In this document: piece by piece, positions 52,338 to 64,000 of the stretch | Layout of the letters: the number at the start of each line of letters is the position of its first letter | Numbering within the stretch: position 1 is the stretch's first letter | DNA from: Octopus sinensis | Taxonomy: Eukaryota | Length of the DNA: 64,000 nt | Assembly (NCBI RefSeq): GCF_006345805.1 | Contig: NC_043001.1 | Span: forward strand, 134,664,001 to 134,728,000 | Direction of reading: 5' to 3' | The notes under the pieces: model-generated | The model's database searches: none | Told to the model about the DNA's origin: nothing | The model's input: the letters and a program-made list of their open reading frames with translations, nothing else | Position numbers and translations under genes: made by a program

Positions 52338-52419
52338 CATCCTGATGAGGGGAGTGTCAGTTTTGAATATATGAAATGTTTCATATTAATTGGCGCGTCT
52401 CCGAAACGGCTCGTAGATG
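52338..52419 (+). ncRNA. Type I hammerhead ribozyme (minimal, Penelope/retrozyme-type)
   Basis: Stem I CATC(52338-41)/GATG(52416-19). Core CTGATGA (52342-48). Stem II GGGGA/TCTCC plus GTGTCA/TGGCGC. GAAA (52403-06). Stem III ACG/CGT with a 3 nt loop. Cleavage triplet GTA (52413-15). Confidence 0.85.
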
Positions 52420-52744
52420 AACAATTTTGTAATTTTTGCATTTTTATTTTTTTCTGTATTATTTCTGGAATTTTAATATGTCCTTTATATGTTTTATTAT
52501 CCCAAATTTTTAGTTTCCAAATGTTTTGTGATTTTAAGCATAAATTCACTGTGTTTTTTATGCAACACTGATTCTTATATATTTATATATATTATATAAT
52601 GTTTATATATTATTATATTTTTAAACGTCGTATTTTATATCTGTTCTGTAGATATAAATGAATATATGACTGTATTTGATCTTTCTGTGTGGATTTTAGT
52701 AATGTTCCTTTAGTTACTGCTGGTGTTGCCTCTGCCCAGATTAA

Positions 52745-53232
<488 letters not shown>

Positions 53233-54134
53233 ATTGGCAGAAGTTACAGAGTGACTAAAGAGCTAAGAGTTGAATGCATTGGCATTTATCAAACTGGTTT
53301 CATATGAGGGAGATGATATAAAATCATCATCGTTTAACGTCTGTTTTCCATGCTAGTATGGGTTGGACGATTTTGACTAAGGGCTGGCGAACCAGATGGC
53401 TGCACCAGGCTCCAATCTTGATCTGGCAGAGTTTCTACAGCTGGATGCCCTTCCTAACGCCAACCACTCCGAGAGTGTAGTGGGTGCTTTTTACGTGCCA
53501 GTCAGGCAGTACTGGCAATGACCTCGCTCGAATCTTTTTACACGTGCCAGTGAAGCGACGTTGGTAACGATCACGCTCAAATGGTGCCCTTTTATGTGCC
53601 ATGGGTCCGGAAGCCAGTTGGCTGTTCTGGCAACGATCACGCTCGGATGGTGCTCTTGGCACCCTACTAGCACAGGCATAAGTGCCAGTAAGGCGACGCT
53701 GGTAATGATCATACTCAAATAGCCACTCTGTTAACGATCACACATATATGGTGCTCTTTGCATCCTGCTAGCACGGATGCCAGTCATCGAATCGATTTTG
53801 ATTTTGATTTCACTTGCCTCGACAGGTCTTCGCAAGCAGAGTTTAGTGATCAAAGAAGGAAAAGGTACGCATAAGCGGGCTGGTTACGCTCCTGGCATAG
53901 GCCACAGGTTATGGTCTCATTTGGCTTGCCGGGTCTTCTCGAGCACAGTATATTTTCTCATTTGGCTTGCCAGGTCTTCTTGAGCACAGCATAAATATAT
54001 TTCTCACTTGATGGTTCTAGAAAAAATTGAATTACAAGGCCATGTGGATAATGTCTATTTTTTTTCAAATAGATTGTTAAGCAGTTCAGTAAACGAATAA
54101 ATAAATAATAATTAAAATATATATTTGCTTTCAG

Positions 54135-54226
54135 CTAATTTTTGTTCAAAACACTTTGCATCATTCATGAAAAAAAGAGACATTTGGAATGAAAGAATGA
54201 TTCAAGATTGGGAGGGAGAAACTGAG
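54135..54226 (+). CDS. Candidate internal exon (xNFCSKHFASFMKKRDIWNERMIQDWEGETE), unidentified
   Basis: Acceptor ATATTTGCTTTCAG, one open frame in AT-rich unique DNA, possible donor GAG|GTCAAT (weak). Confidence 0.25.
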
Positions 54227-54692
54227 GTCAATAAACAAGTTAATTTATTTATAAATTAGTTTTTAGTCATGTACTCAGTTCAACTGTGACATGGTAGTAA
54301 TATCACCACAGTATAACCATTAATATTGGTGAAATATTATCTTCAATATCATTCAAATATCATCATCATCATCATCATCGTTTAACGTCCGTTCTCCATG
54401 CTAGCATGGGTTGGACGGTTCGACCGGGGATCTGGGAAGCCAGAAGGCTGCACCAGGCTCCGGTCTTTTCTGGCAGTGTTTCTACAGCTGGATGCCCTTC
54501 CTAACACCAACCACTCCATGAGTGTAGTGGGTGCTTTTTACGTGCCACCTGCACTGGTGCCAGGCGAGGCTGGCATTGACCACGGTCGGATTGGTGCATT
54601 TTACGTGCCACCTGCACGGAAGCCAGTCGAGGCGGCACTGGCTTTGGCCACGATTGGCACTGGCTTTGGCCCATATGGAAATGCTTGCTTAA

Positions 54693-54909
54693 ACCTTTAG
54701 CATTTAGATTCTGTCAAATGTATTGTTTATTTATTCACATTGCTTTGAATTAATCATACAGTATCTCATAGCTTTGAGATTTCGATTATGGGATTGTTTA
54801 CTTTCCATACGACATTGTCAGATAGGAGTAAGAGACGAGATATAGCCAGTTTGAGCATTAAAGAAATAGAATATTTTGGCCGGATATGGCTGGTTTAAAT
54901 GCTAAAGGG
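54693..54909. mobile_element. piggyBac-like MITE
   Basis: TTAA|ACCTTTAGCATT...AATGCTAAAGGG|TTAA. Confidence 0.8.
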
Positions 54910-55499
54910 TTAAACACTTGCTGCAAGAGGTACCCATATTTGTCACATCAGTACAAAAGTGTGTAAGCCCCTGACAAGGCAGAAAAACACATCTATGCTG
55001 CTTTAAGAGGACAATCAAGTATTGACATTGCTTGAAATTGAGTTGCAGCCATCATGCATACATGCATGCATCTATCTATCGACGTGTTGTCGCATCAGTT
55101 CCGCAGGTAATAGCTTTTTTCGACCTTTTATTGCACATATTTTGTTTTAATTCTTGCACACAAGGTATGTGAAGTACCCAATTTTTGTTTGAGTGCATTT
55201 TCAAGGGAGGAATTGGTCCCCTGGGGCTGTGCTGTTTCAACCCTATTTAAATTTCTATTTTTCTTCTCGGCTTTGAAAAATGACAAGAAATTTCATAGTG
55301 GAAAGCTGGTCAAATTCGTTCATGGACCAGTATTTTCCTACCCTTGAAATGCTAGGAGAAAAAAAAGAATAACTGTACGCACACACACTCGAATATAATT
55401 ACAAACATGAAAAATACAAATAAATCAAAGGCAAATCTGAGAGACGCGGTGAATGCTTCAACGTCATTGATATTGCAACCACAATCATTAACTGCCCTA

Positions 55500-55510
55500 T
55501 CACCACCACC

Positions 55511-55542
<32 letters not shown>

Positions 55543-55855
55543 CAGCGAAATTATCACAAAGCTGTCCACCATGACCTTCACCAAGGACAGTACCACCAAC
55601 ACCAACACCACTACTACAATTTCAACTACTACAACTAACACTTCTACTACCTCTACTATCACCACCACCACCACCACCACCACCACAACAACAACAACAA
55701 CAACAACACAACAGCGAAATTATCACAAAGCTGTCCACCATGACCTTCACCAAGGACAGTACCACCAACACCAACACCACTACTACAATTTCAACTACTA
55801 CAACTAACACTTCTACTACCTCTACTATCACCACCACCACCACCACCACCACCAA
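55500..55855. repeat. (ACC)/(AAC) microsatellite region duplicated in tandem (period ~169 bp)
   Basis: CAGCGAAATTATCACAAAGCTG... occurs at 55543 and 55712. Confidence 0.9.
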
Positions 55856-55856
55856 G

Positions 55857-56410
55857 AACAAAACAAATTTCACTGAAGCGATAAAATAAAAGAGAACAAT
55901 TGTCAAATTCACTGCCCAACAAATAAAAGACACAAAAGCTCTTTTTAGTAAAGAAAGAGATAACTTACAGCTACACATTCCAAAAACCATGTTAGAAAAC
56001 ACACAGAAAAAAACAATCATAAAATTATAAACAAAAAAACAAGAAGACCAGAAAATGCACCACAACAGAAAATTGAAAAATGCCTTTGCCCTGTTTGGCC
56101 CCAAGGAATACATAAACTGGTGACACAAATACGGCACTGTCCAAGACCGATTTCAGGACAAAAAACTGACCAAACTGTCCTCAACACTGACTCTCCACAC
56201 TGATGAGTTAGTGATGATACCGACTTATCTAGGCCAGAGAGGGACAAAGGTTACAATAACAAATGTGCCTCTTGAAGTAGAGACACAATCGGTATTATCA
56301 TCCTGGAAATTGCTGTTTTAAAACAACAAAACTGGGTCAACAAAACACTTGAAATACTGTTGCAGATTGACCAACCATCTATAAACAAAATTCCAATCAT
56401 AATCCTTGCA
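55857..56410 (+). pseudogene. A/C-rich decayed reading frame, possibly a LINE ORF1 remnant
   Basis: One frame holds ~150 codons with only three internal stops (...KNAFALFGPKEY...VMIPTYLGQRGTKVTITNVPLEVE...). Strand bias is L1/Tx1-like. Confidence 0.35.
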
Positions 56411-56475
56411 TGAAACCAATTGGTAAGATCAGCCATGATGGATATATGATACTGTACATTTTGGATAATATATAT

Positions 56476-56880
56476 ACTTTTATTCTTTTATTTGTTTCAG
56501 TCATTTGACTGCAGCCATGCTGGAGCACTGCTTTTAGTAAAAAAAATTGACTCCAGGACTTATTCTTTGTAAGCCTGGTACTTATTCTATTGGTCTCTTT
56601 TGTTGAACCACTAAGTTATGGGGATGTAAACACACCAACATCAGTGGTTAAGTGATGGTGAGGGGGACAAACACAGACACACACACACACACACACACAC
56701 AAATACACACATGCATACGATGGGCTTCTTTCAGTTTCCATCTACCAAATCTACTCACAAAGCTTTGGTCAGCCTGAGGCTATAGTAGAAGACATTTGGC
56801 CAAGGTACTCTGCAGTGGGACTGAACCCAGAACCATGTGGTTGGGAAGCAAGCTTCTTGCCACACAGCCGCTCCTGCACC
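56476..56880 (-). mobile_element. SINE family A (diverged)
   Basis: Reverse complement of the 9578-type element. Confidence 0.85.
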
Positions 56881-56913
56881 TATTATATAATTGAAGAAAT
56901 ACCATAACTCTGT

Positions 56914-56952
<39 letters not shown>

Positions 56953-57174
56953 ATTTTTGTATGTATACATGAAGTATATTGAATATAATATCTCATCATC
57001 AATATTAATATTAATATTTCAGTGATATTTGTGCCAAGTTGTCACAGTTGAACTGATTTATTAATAAACAAATTTGCTTATTGACCTTAGTTTCCTCCTT
57101 CTAATCTTGGACCATTCTCTCACTCCAGATGTCAATTCTTTCTTGAGTAATTATTTTAACTCTTTAGCATTTAA

Positions 57175-57395
57175 CCCTTTAGTGTTTAAACTGGCCAAAT
57201 CCGGCCCAATATATTCTACATATTTTATATTCAAACTGGCGATATCTAGCCTCTCACTCCTAACCTACAATGCCATTCTGAAAATAAACAATCACATCAT
57301 TGAAACCTCAAAGCTATAAGGTAATGCATGATTAATTCAAAGCAATTTGAGTGAAAAAGCATTACATTTAACAGAGTAATCTGAACACTAAAGGG
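57175..57395. mobile_element. piggyBac-like MITE (a second partial copy follows)
   Basis: TTAA|CCCTTTAGTGTT...AACACTAAAGGG|TTAA, perfect 12 bp TIR. Confidence 0.88.
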
Positions 57396-59318
57396 TTAAA
57401 CCAGTCATATCCAGCCCAAGTATTCTAACTCTTTTATGTTCAATCCAGCCTGATCTGTCCTCTCATACCTGTGCTACAATGTCATTGAGAAAATAAACAA
57501 TCACACCATTGAAATCTTGAAGGTATAAAATTATGTTTGCTTGCTTCATGCTCTTGTTTGATGAGGCTAGGGTCATCCCAGGCTAGTGGCCCCAGATACT
57601 TCATCATGTGTAGAGCTAACCAGTCCACCAGTGTTCTCCATCACTGGTGGTCCCATGCCAGCCCCTCTGCATTATTAATTCAAAACAATGTGAATAATTG
57701 TATATATATATATACATATATGTGTGTGTGTGTGTTTGTGTGTCTGTGTTTGTCCCCCTAGCATTGCTTGACAACCGATGCTGGTGTGTTTACGTCCCCG
57801 TCACTTAATGGTTCGGCAAAAGAGACCGATAGAATAAGTACTGGGCTTACAAAGAATAAGTCCCGGGGTCGATTTGCTTGACTAAAGGCGGTGCTCCAGC
57901 ATGGCCGCAGTCAAATGACTGAAACAAGTAAAAGAGTAAAAGAGAGTAAATAAGCAATACATTTGGCAGAATGATCTGAATGCTAAAGGGTTAACCAGGA
58001 ATTAGCTGACAGCAAAAATATAATTATTATGAATGTATAGATTTACTGCTTTTCTTTTATGTTCATTGTTGGAAATTCATCAAAACTGTAGAACCAACTA
58101 ACAGCAGGGAATCCATTTCCCCCTCCTTCAGCAGCATTCACAGCTTGGCTATTAAAGTTTTTGAGTTATTCCCAAACTGAAGCCAGATAATGAATTGATG
58201 AATGTCAGGACATTGGGATTGGTGCAGATAGAAGAGATCTGGCCTAATTGATTGATAGTGTGGTTACTTTACTGTTCATGGTTTAAATCTTCTCCAGATA
58301 AACTTTATACTTCAAAGGTACAGGTATGCCTGTATAGTGAGTGAGTTTACTTAGGGATTAAGTGGTTTACATTTCAATCCCGTTGTATGGATGGTATTGG
58401 TTTGTGCCCTCGACAATAGCTACAGATTAGTCAATACTTTGTGAGTGAAATTTGGTATATAGAAACTGGAAGAATCCCTTTGTGTGTGTGTGTGTATGTG
58501 TATTCTACTTCTTTTGATATGTTCATGCTGACTGTAAGCAAAGAGTCACCATCTACCGTTTATACAGCCTTACAGCATATCCAACCAAGGAACATAACTC
58601 CTAACCTAATCCACTGGCCTTTTTCCGTTTCACCACCTCTTTCTCAGCAGCTACAAACTGCATGTGTTAATCCATCTCCAACAATAAAGAGCAGTTACTA
58701 TATTCCTTGTTTGTTTGCAATCCGCCATGAAAATATGTCCGAGCTGTTTGCTGTTTACGGACAAGGGGAAATATATTACCTTGTTTGGAAATAGATGAGG
58801 GTTGGTAACAGCGAGAGCATCCAGTAGATCTAGTGGCAGAAAATTTTACCTCAGTGAAATCTCATCTGTTTCATGCAGCTATGGAAAGATAGAAGTTAGA
58901 CTGATGACCATCATTGCCATCTTTTAATGGCCCTTTTGCATGCTGGCTTAACTATGTGCATGTGTAAGTGTGTGCATTTTACTGTAAATGAGTGTCACTG
59001 TCATGCAAGCAGTGTTCTTTACTTCCATTCTTCCATAAAAACATGGCTGGCCATGGGGAATATTTAACCTTACTTGGAAATAGGTGAGGGTTGGCAACAG
59101 AAAGAGCATACAACCACAGAAAAATCCACCCCAACAAACTCCATCCAAACCTTCTGAGCATGGAAAAGTGTACATTAAAATGATGATGATGATAATCACA
59201 CACACACACACCACACACACACACACCACACACACACACACACACAACACACACACACACAACACACACACACACACACGCACACACACACAACACACAC
59301 ACATACATACACACATAA

Positions 59319-59349
<31 letters not shown>

Positions 59350-60974
59350 TACATACATACATACATACGTTCATACATACATACATACATACATACATAC
59401 ATACATACATACATACATACATACGCAAATGACCTCAGGGCATTGAACCTTTCAGGTGAGATAACAGAATATCGAGATGCCTGTCGTCTTGCTGTACTCA
59501 AGAAGACCTATACTCTGCAACAGAAGTGTTAAGACCCGTCCCCCTGGTGGTGAGGATTGACCAGTTCCACATAAAAAGCACTTATGGTGGTGCCATGTAA
59601 AAGTGTCCATGTGGTTCCAAGTAAAAGTACTTGTGTGCCGTTATGTAAAAGCACCCATGCGTTCCACGTAAAAGCATCCAGCACACTCTGTTAAGTGGTT
59701 GGCATTAGGAAAGGCATTCAGCCATGGAAACTATGCCAAATCAAACTGAAGTCTGGTACAGCTTGCCAGCTCTGGTCAAACCGTCCAACCCATGCCAGCA
59801 TGAACAATGGATATTAAATGATGCTGATGGTGGTGATGATACATACATACATACATACATATATGGAAGCACTCCGTCGGTTACGACGACGAGGGTCCTG
59901 GTTGATCCGAATCAACGGAACAGCCTGCTCGTGAAATTAATGTGTAAATGGCTGAGCACTCCACAGACACGTGTACCCTTAACGTAGTTCTCGGGGATAT
60001 TCAGCGTGACACAGAGAGTGACAAGGCCGGCTCTTTGAAATACAGGTACAACAGAAACAGGAAGTAAGAGTGAGAGAAAGTTGTGGTGAAAGAGTACAGC
60101 AGGGATCACCACCATCCCCTGCCGGAGCCTCGTGGAGCTTTAGGTGTTTTCGCTCAATAAACAATATATATATAAAACAACTTCCTCAACTTCACATATC
60201 ACATTATTGATAGAGTCTCTTCTTACTCACTTGGAGCTCATAATTACCATTCCTGCCTCCCTGAGGAACTGCACATACAGCATCAGTCTGCAGTATCGAT
60301 TAATAGCATAACTGATCTATCTTATTGTTTCTAACAGTGGTACATCCTGTAAATCTACTTCTAACCATTGGCTGCTGATAACCTGAAATGGCAGCAAAGT
60401 TTTGTCAGTGAACAGGTCACGGTCTCAAAGCGACAAAAATATTTTGGCAAATTAAATTTAAATGTTGAAGTGAATCTAACAGTTTTTGTGTGTTTCTTAA
60501 ATGGCTTATAAACACCATCCATGCTGCAATTGTTTTCGTTCCAGCACACGATCTCAGATCAGGTCACTGGCTATGCAAGTACATCTCTGTAATATAAATT
60601 TCTGTTATCTGTAAAGATAAGAGCCCACTATCATTCAATCTGGTCATGCAAGCTCATATGTAACCTGATACCATCATTTTGAGTTACTTGTCCACATTGT
60701 AATTGTTGTCAGTGAAATACGAGACTCTACAGAATGACAACTAATGAATGCCAACATCATGTCTGGTCTGTGACTTGTAACATCCAATGTAAAGACCTGA
60801 TGTTGCTGAAATATCAAACCCTTCAGAATTGTAATTAACTAATGCCCACATCCTGGCTTCTTTACTATGTTCTGCTTTCAGTAAAAGAATTGATGTTATG
60901 GTAACCAAAACAGCCATGTTACCTGGTTAGGGTATTTAGCTCACAGGTCGTATGGTTGGGAGGTCAATTTCCAG

Positions 60975-61342
60975 CTCTTTTACTCTTTTACTTGTTTCAG
61001 TCATTTGACTGCGGCCATGCTGGAGCACCGCCTCAAATCGAGCAAATCGACCCCGGGACTTATTCTTTTGTAAGCCCAGTACTTATTCTATCAGTCTCTT
61101 TTGCCGAACCGCTAAGAAACGGGGACATAAACACACCAGCATCGGTTGTCAAGCAATGCTAGGGAGACAATCACAGACACACAAACACACACACGCATAT
61201 ATATATATATACATATATACGACGGGCTTCTTTCAGTTTCCGTCTACCAAATCCACTCAGAAGGCTTTGGTCGGCCCGAGTCTATAGCAGAAGACACTTG
61301 CCCAAGGTGCCACGCAGTGGGACTGAACCCGGAACCATGTGG
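60975..61342 (-). mobile_element. SINE family A with truncated head, abutting a family C/D-type SINE piece (61343-61545, +)
   Basis: Sequence switches at ...GGAACCATGTGG|TACGTTGTTCTTGAGCAAG. Confidence 0.8.
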
Positions 61343-61831
61343 TACGTTGTTCTTGAGCAAGACACTTTATTTCATAATGTTAGTACCTGTATTTCAAAGG
61401 CCAGCCTTGTCACATTCTGTTTCACACTGATTCTCCTTGAGAACTATGTTAAACATATATGTGTCTGTAGAGTGATCTGCCATGTGTGCGTTGATTTCAC
61501 TACCGGGCTGTTTGTTGATCAGGTCGACTGGAACTCTCATCGTCAATAACCAGTAGAATGCCAGTTACACACACACGTGCGTGCGTGCACACACGCATAA
61601 TCTGATTTTACTCTTAGCTGACTTTTTGCTTATGTTATATTATCATCAAAGGTCACCTCCAATGTTATTGTGATGTAACACAGGGAAAGAGTTATCCAAT
61701 GGTTATATCAGAAGCTCAATTAACATAGGCACTTACGTACATACAAACATACATATATACATACATAGTGCATGTACAAATGTGTGTGTGTGTGTGTAGT
61801 TCAAAATGTGTAAGCATGTGTTTATATTTAT

Positions 61832-62034
61832 TACTCTTTACTCTCTCTCTTTTACTTGTTTCAGTCATTTGACTGCGGCCATGCTGGAACACCACCTTTA
61901 GTCGAGCAAATCAACCCCGGGACTTATTCTTTGTAAGCCCAGTACTTATTCTATCGGTCTCTTTTTGCCGAACCGCTAAGTGACGGGGACATAAACACAC
62001 CAGCATTGGTTGTCAAGCAATGCTAGGGGGACAA

Positions 62035-62065
<31 letters not shown>

Positions 62066-62195
62066 CATATATATGACAGGCTTCTTTCAGTTTCCGTCTA
62101 CCAAATCCACTCACAAGGCATTGGTCGGCCCGGGGCTATAGCAGAAGACACTTGCCCAAGATGCCACGCAGTGGGATTGAACCCGGAACCATGTG
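61832..62195 (-). mobile_element. SINE family A, head truncated at the RTE junction
   Basis: Family A sequence up to ...GGAACCATGTGG. Confidence 0.88.
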
Positions 62196-62890
62196 GGAAA
62201 ACAACATGCTCACAATAACCACCAAGATCGCAGTGTACCGAGCCTGCGTGCTGAGCACCCTACTCTACGGCAGCGAGAGCTGGACAACATACACCCGGCA
62301 GGAATGCCGCCTCAGCGGCTTCCACATGCGGAGTCTTCGACGGATCCTTGGCATCTCCTGGAAGGACTGAGTACCAAACGGAGTCATCCTGGAACAGACT
62401 AATATGCCAAGCATGTATGCTCTCCTCGTGCGGAGACGACTGCGCTGGCTCGGACACATCTGCCGCATGCAGGACGGTTGCATGCCTAAAGACATCCTGT
62501 ACAGCGAACTCACCATGGGATCCCGACCCAAGGGACGTCCACAGCTACGATACAGGGACGTGTGCAAGCGCGACCTGAGGACTGCCAACATCTGTGTGGA
62601 CACGTGGGAGGAAACAGCTGCTGACCGCTCTGCCTGGCGTCGGATGGTGAAGAAAGGCGTTTCCATGGCTGAGGAGAGGAGAGCACAGCTGTGGTTGGAC
62701 AGGCGGGACAGGAGGAGGACAACTGCAGCAACACCCCACACGTACCCATCGATGTTCGTGTGCAGCAACTGTACCAAGGACTGCCACTCTAGAATTGGAC
62801 TGTTCAGTCACAGCAGACGCTACACATCATCAAAGTAGGCCCCACCCTTGGCGCAACCCATTGTCTATCAAGACAGACGGGGATAAAGTA
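62192..62890 (+). mobile_element. 5'-truncated RTE-BovB-type LINE (GC-rich)
   Basis: WENNMLTITTKIAVYRACVLSTLLYGSESW...RRRLRWLGHICRM...GRPQLRYRDVCKRDL...C-terminal zinc-finger-like FVCSNCTKDCHSRIGLFSHSRR. Single in-frame stop at 62368-70. Confidence 0.92.
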
Positions 62891-63339
62891 CATGGTACAT
62901 CTCAGTTTATATTCCACCCGTTGGACCCCACCCTGCCCTATATACAGAAAACAGATTAATATTTGAAACAAGAGGAACATTTTCTATCAAGAGGTAAAAG
63001 AAAAGAAAAAAAAATTATAAAAATTAAAATGAATAAATAATAACGATAAAAAAATAAGATAATTCTGGAAAGTTTCCCAAAATGATTTAAAGACAGAACT
63101 ACCATTAAATAGTGGTAATTCCCACAACTGATGTCTTTTGTTTGTTATTGATTCAATATCTAAAATATTTGTTCTGATTTCTCTGTTGGATGGAAACATC
63201 GTTTTATTTATTTTTAGTCTTTAATGAATTCTTTGAAATATTTCCTTTGCCTAGACATTAAAATCTATTTAGAGGCATTTGTTATGTTAAGGAATGTTGA
63301 GGGAACTCACCTTCACTGTGAGCTACCCAACATCACCAC

Positions 63340-63621
63340 TACAACTGCCTACACCATTACTACCACCACTACCACACATACCATCATACACCACACACAC
63401 ACACACACATACACATACATACACACACACCATCTACCACCACTATGACCACCACCACAATTGCCACTGTTGCCATCAACACCACCATGCACTCACCAAT
63501 AGCTACCACCACAACCACCACTACCACAAGTGTCAATACTGCCATCACCACTACTACCATTGCTGCTACTGTCTTTGATTCTGCCTTTACTACTGCCACC
63601 GCCGCCGCCGCCGCCGCCACC

Positions 63622-63653
<32 letters not shown>

Positions 63654-63840
63654 CAACTCCACCACCACTTCCACCCTCACTCTCACCCACCATCACTACA
63701 ACCACTGCCACTACCAATACCACCACCACCACTGCTGCTAACTCCATTGCCAGTGCTGCCACTGCTAGCACAAACACCACCACCACCATTATCATCACAT
63801 CCACAACCATCACCACCACCACTCACCATCACTACCACCT
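63340..63840. repeat. Compound (ACC)/(CA)/(GCC)/(AAC) microsatellite
   Basis: Direct observation. Confidence 0.9.
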
Positions 63841-64000
63841 GGGGTTAGCATAGGTAGTTAGAAAGTCCTTGGGATTAGTCAAGATTAGTCAAGATTCTTG
63901 GCAATGTGTAGAAGCTCTTGAGAAGTGAGGATACTAAAGGAGATGGTTTAGGCAAAATAGAGGTCGTTTAATGTCAACTTAGTGGCACAGATGGAAGGAC

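Overview
AT-rich, repeat-saturated eukaryotic (animal) DNA. It is most likely a non-coding intronic or intergenic region of a coleoid cephalopod (Octopus-like); this is inferred from the tRNA-headed SINE families, RTE LINE tails ending in (GAT)n, and the very high microsatellite density. No intact protein-coding gene can be shown, and almost all ORF-track entries are microsatellite or SINE artefacts. The window holds decayed RTE LINEs (6.7-9.5 kb +, 36.4-38.7 kb -, a GC-rich BovB-type 3' fragment at 62.2-62.9 kb), mariner and DD37D (maT) transposon remnants, and a Gypsy gag fragment. It also holds two non-autonomous Helitrons, hAT, piggyBac-like and TA-flanked MITEs, at least five SINE types and many long inverted repeats. 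Highlights: (1) a complete type I hammerhead ribozyme core at 52338-52419; (2) an ~850 bp fold-back element carrying (CCCTAA)n/(TTAGGG)n telomeric repeats, inserted in the Gypsy gag; (3) several local inverted duplications and palindromes; (4) a CpG- and motif-rich promoter-like island at ~49.0-49.6 kb with a candidate first coding exon.
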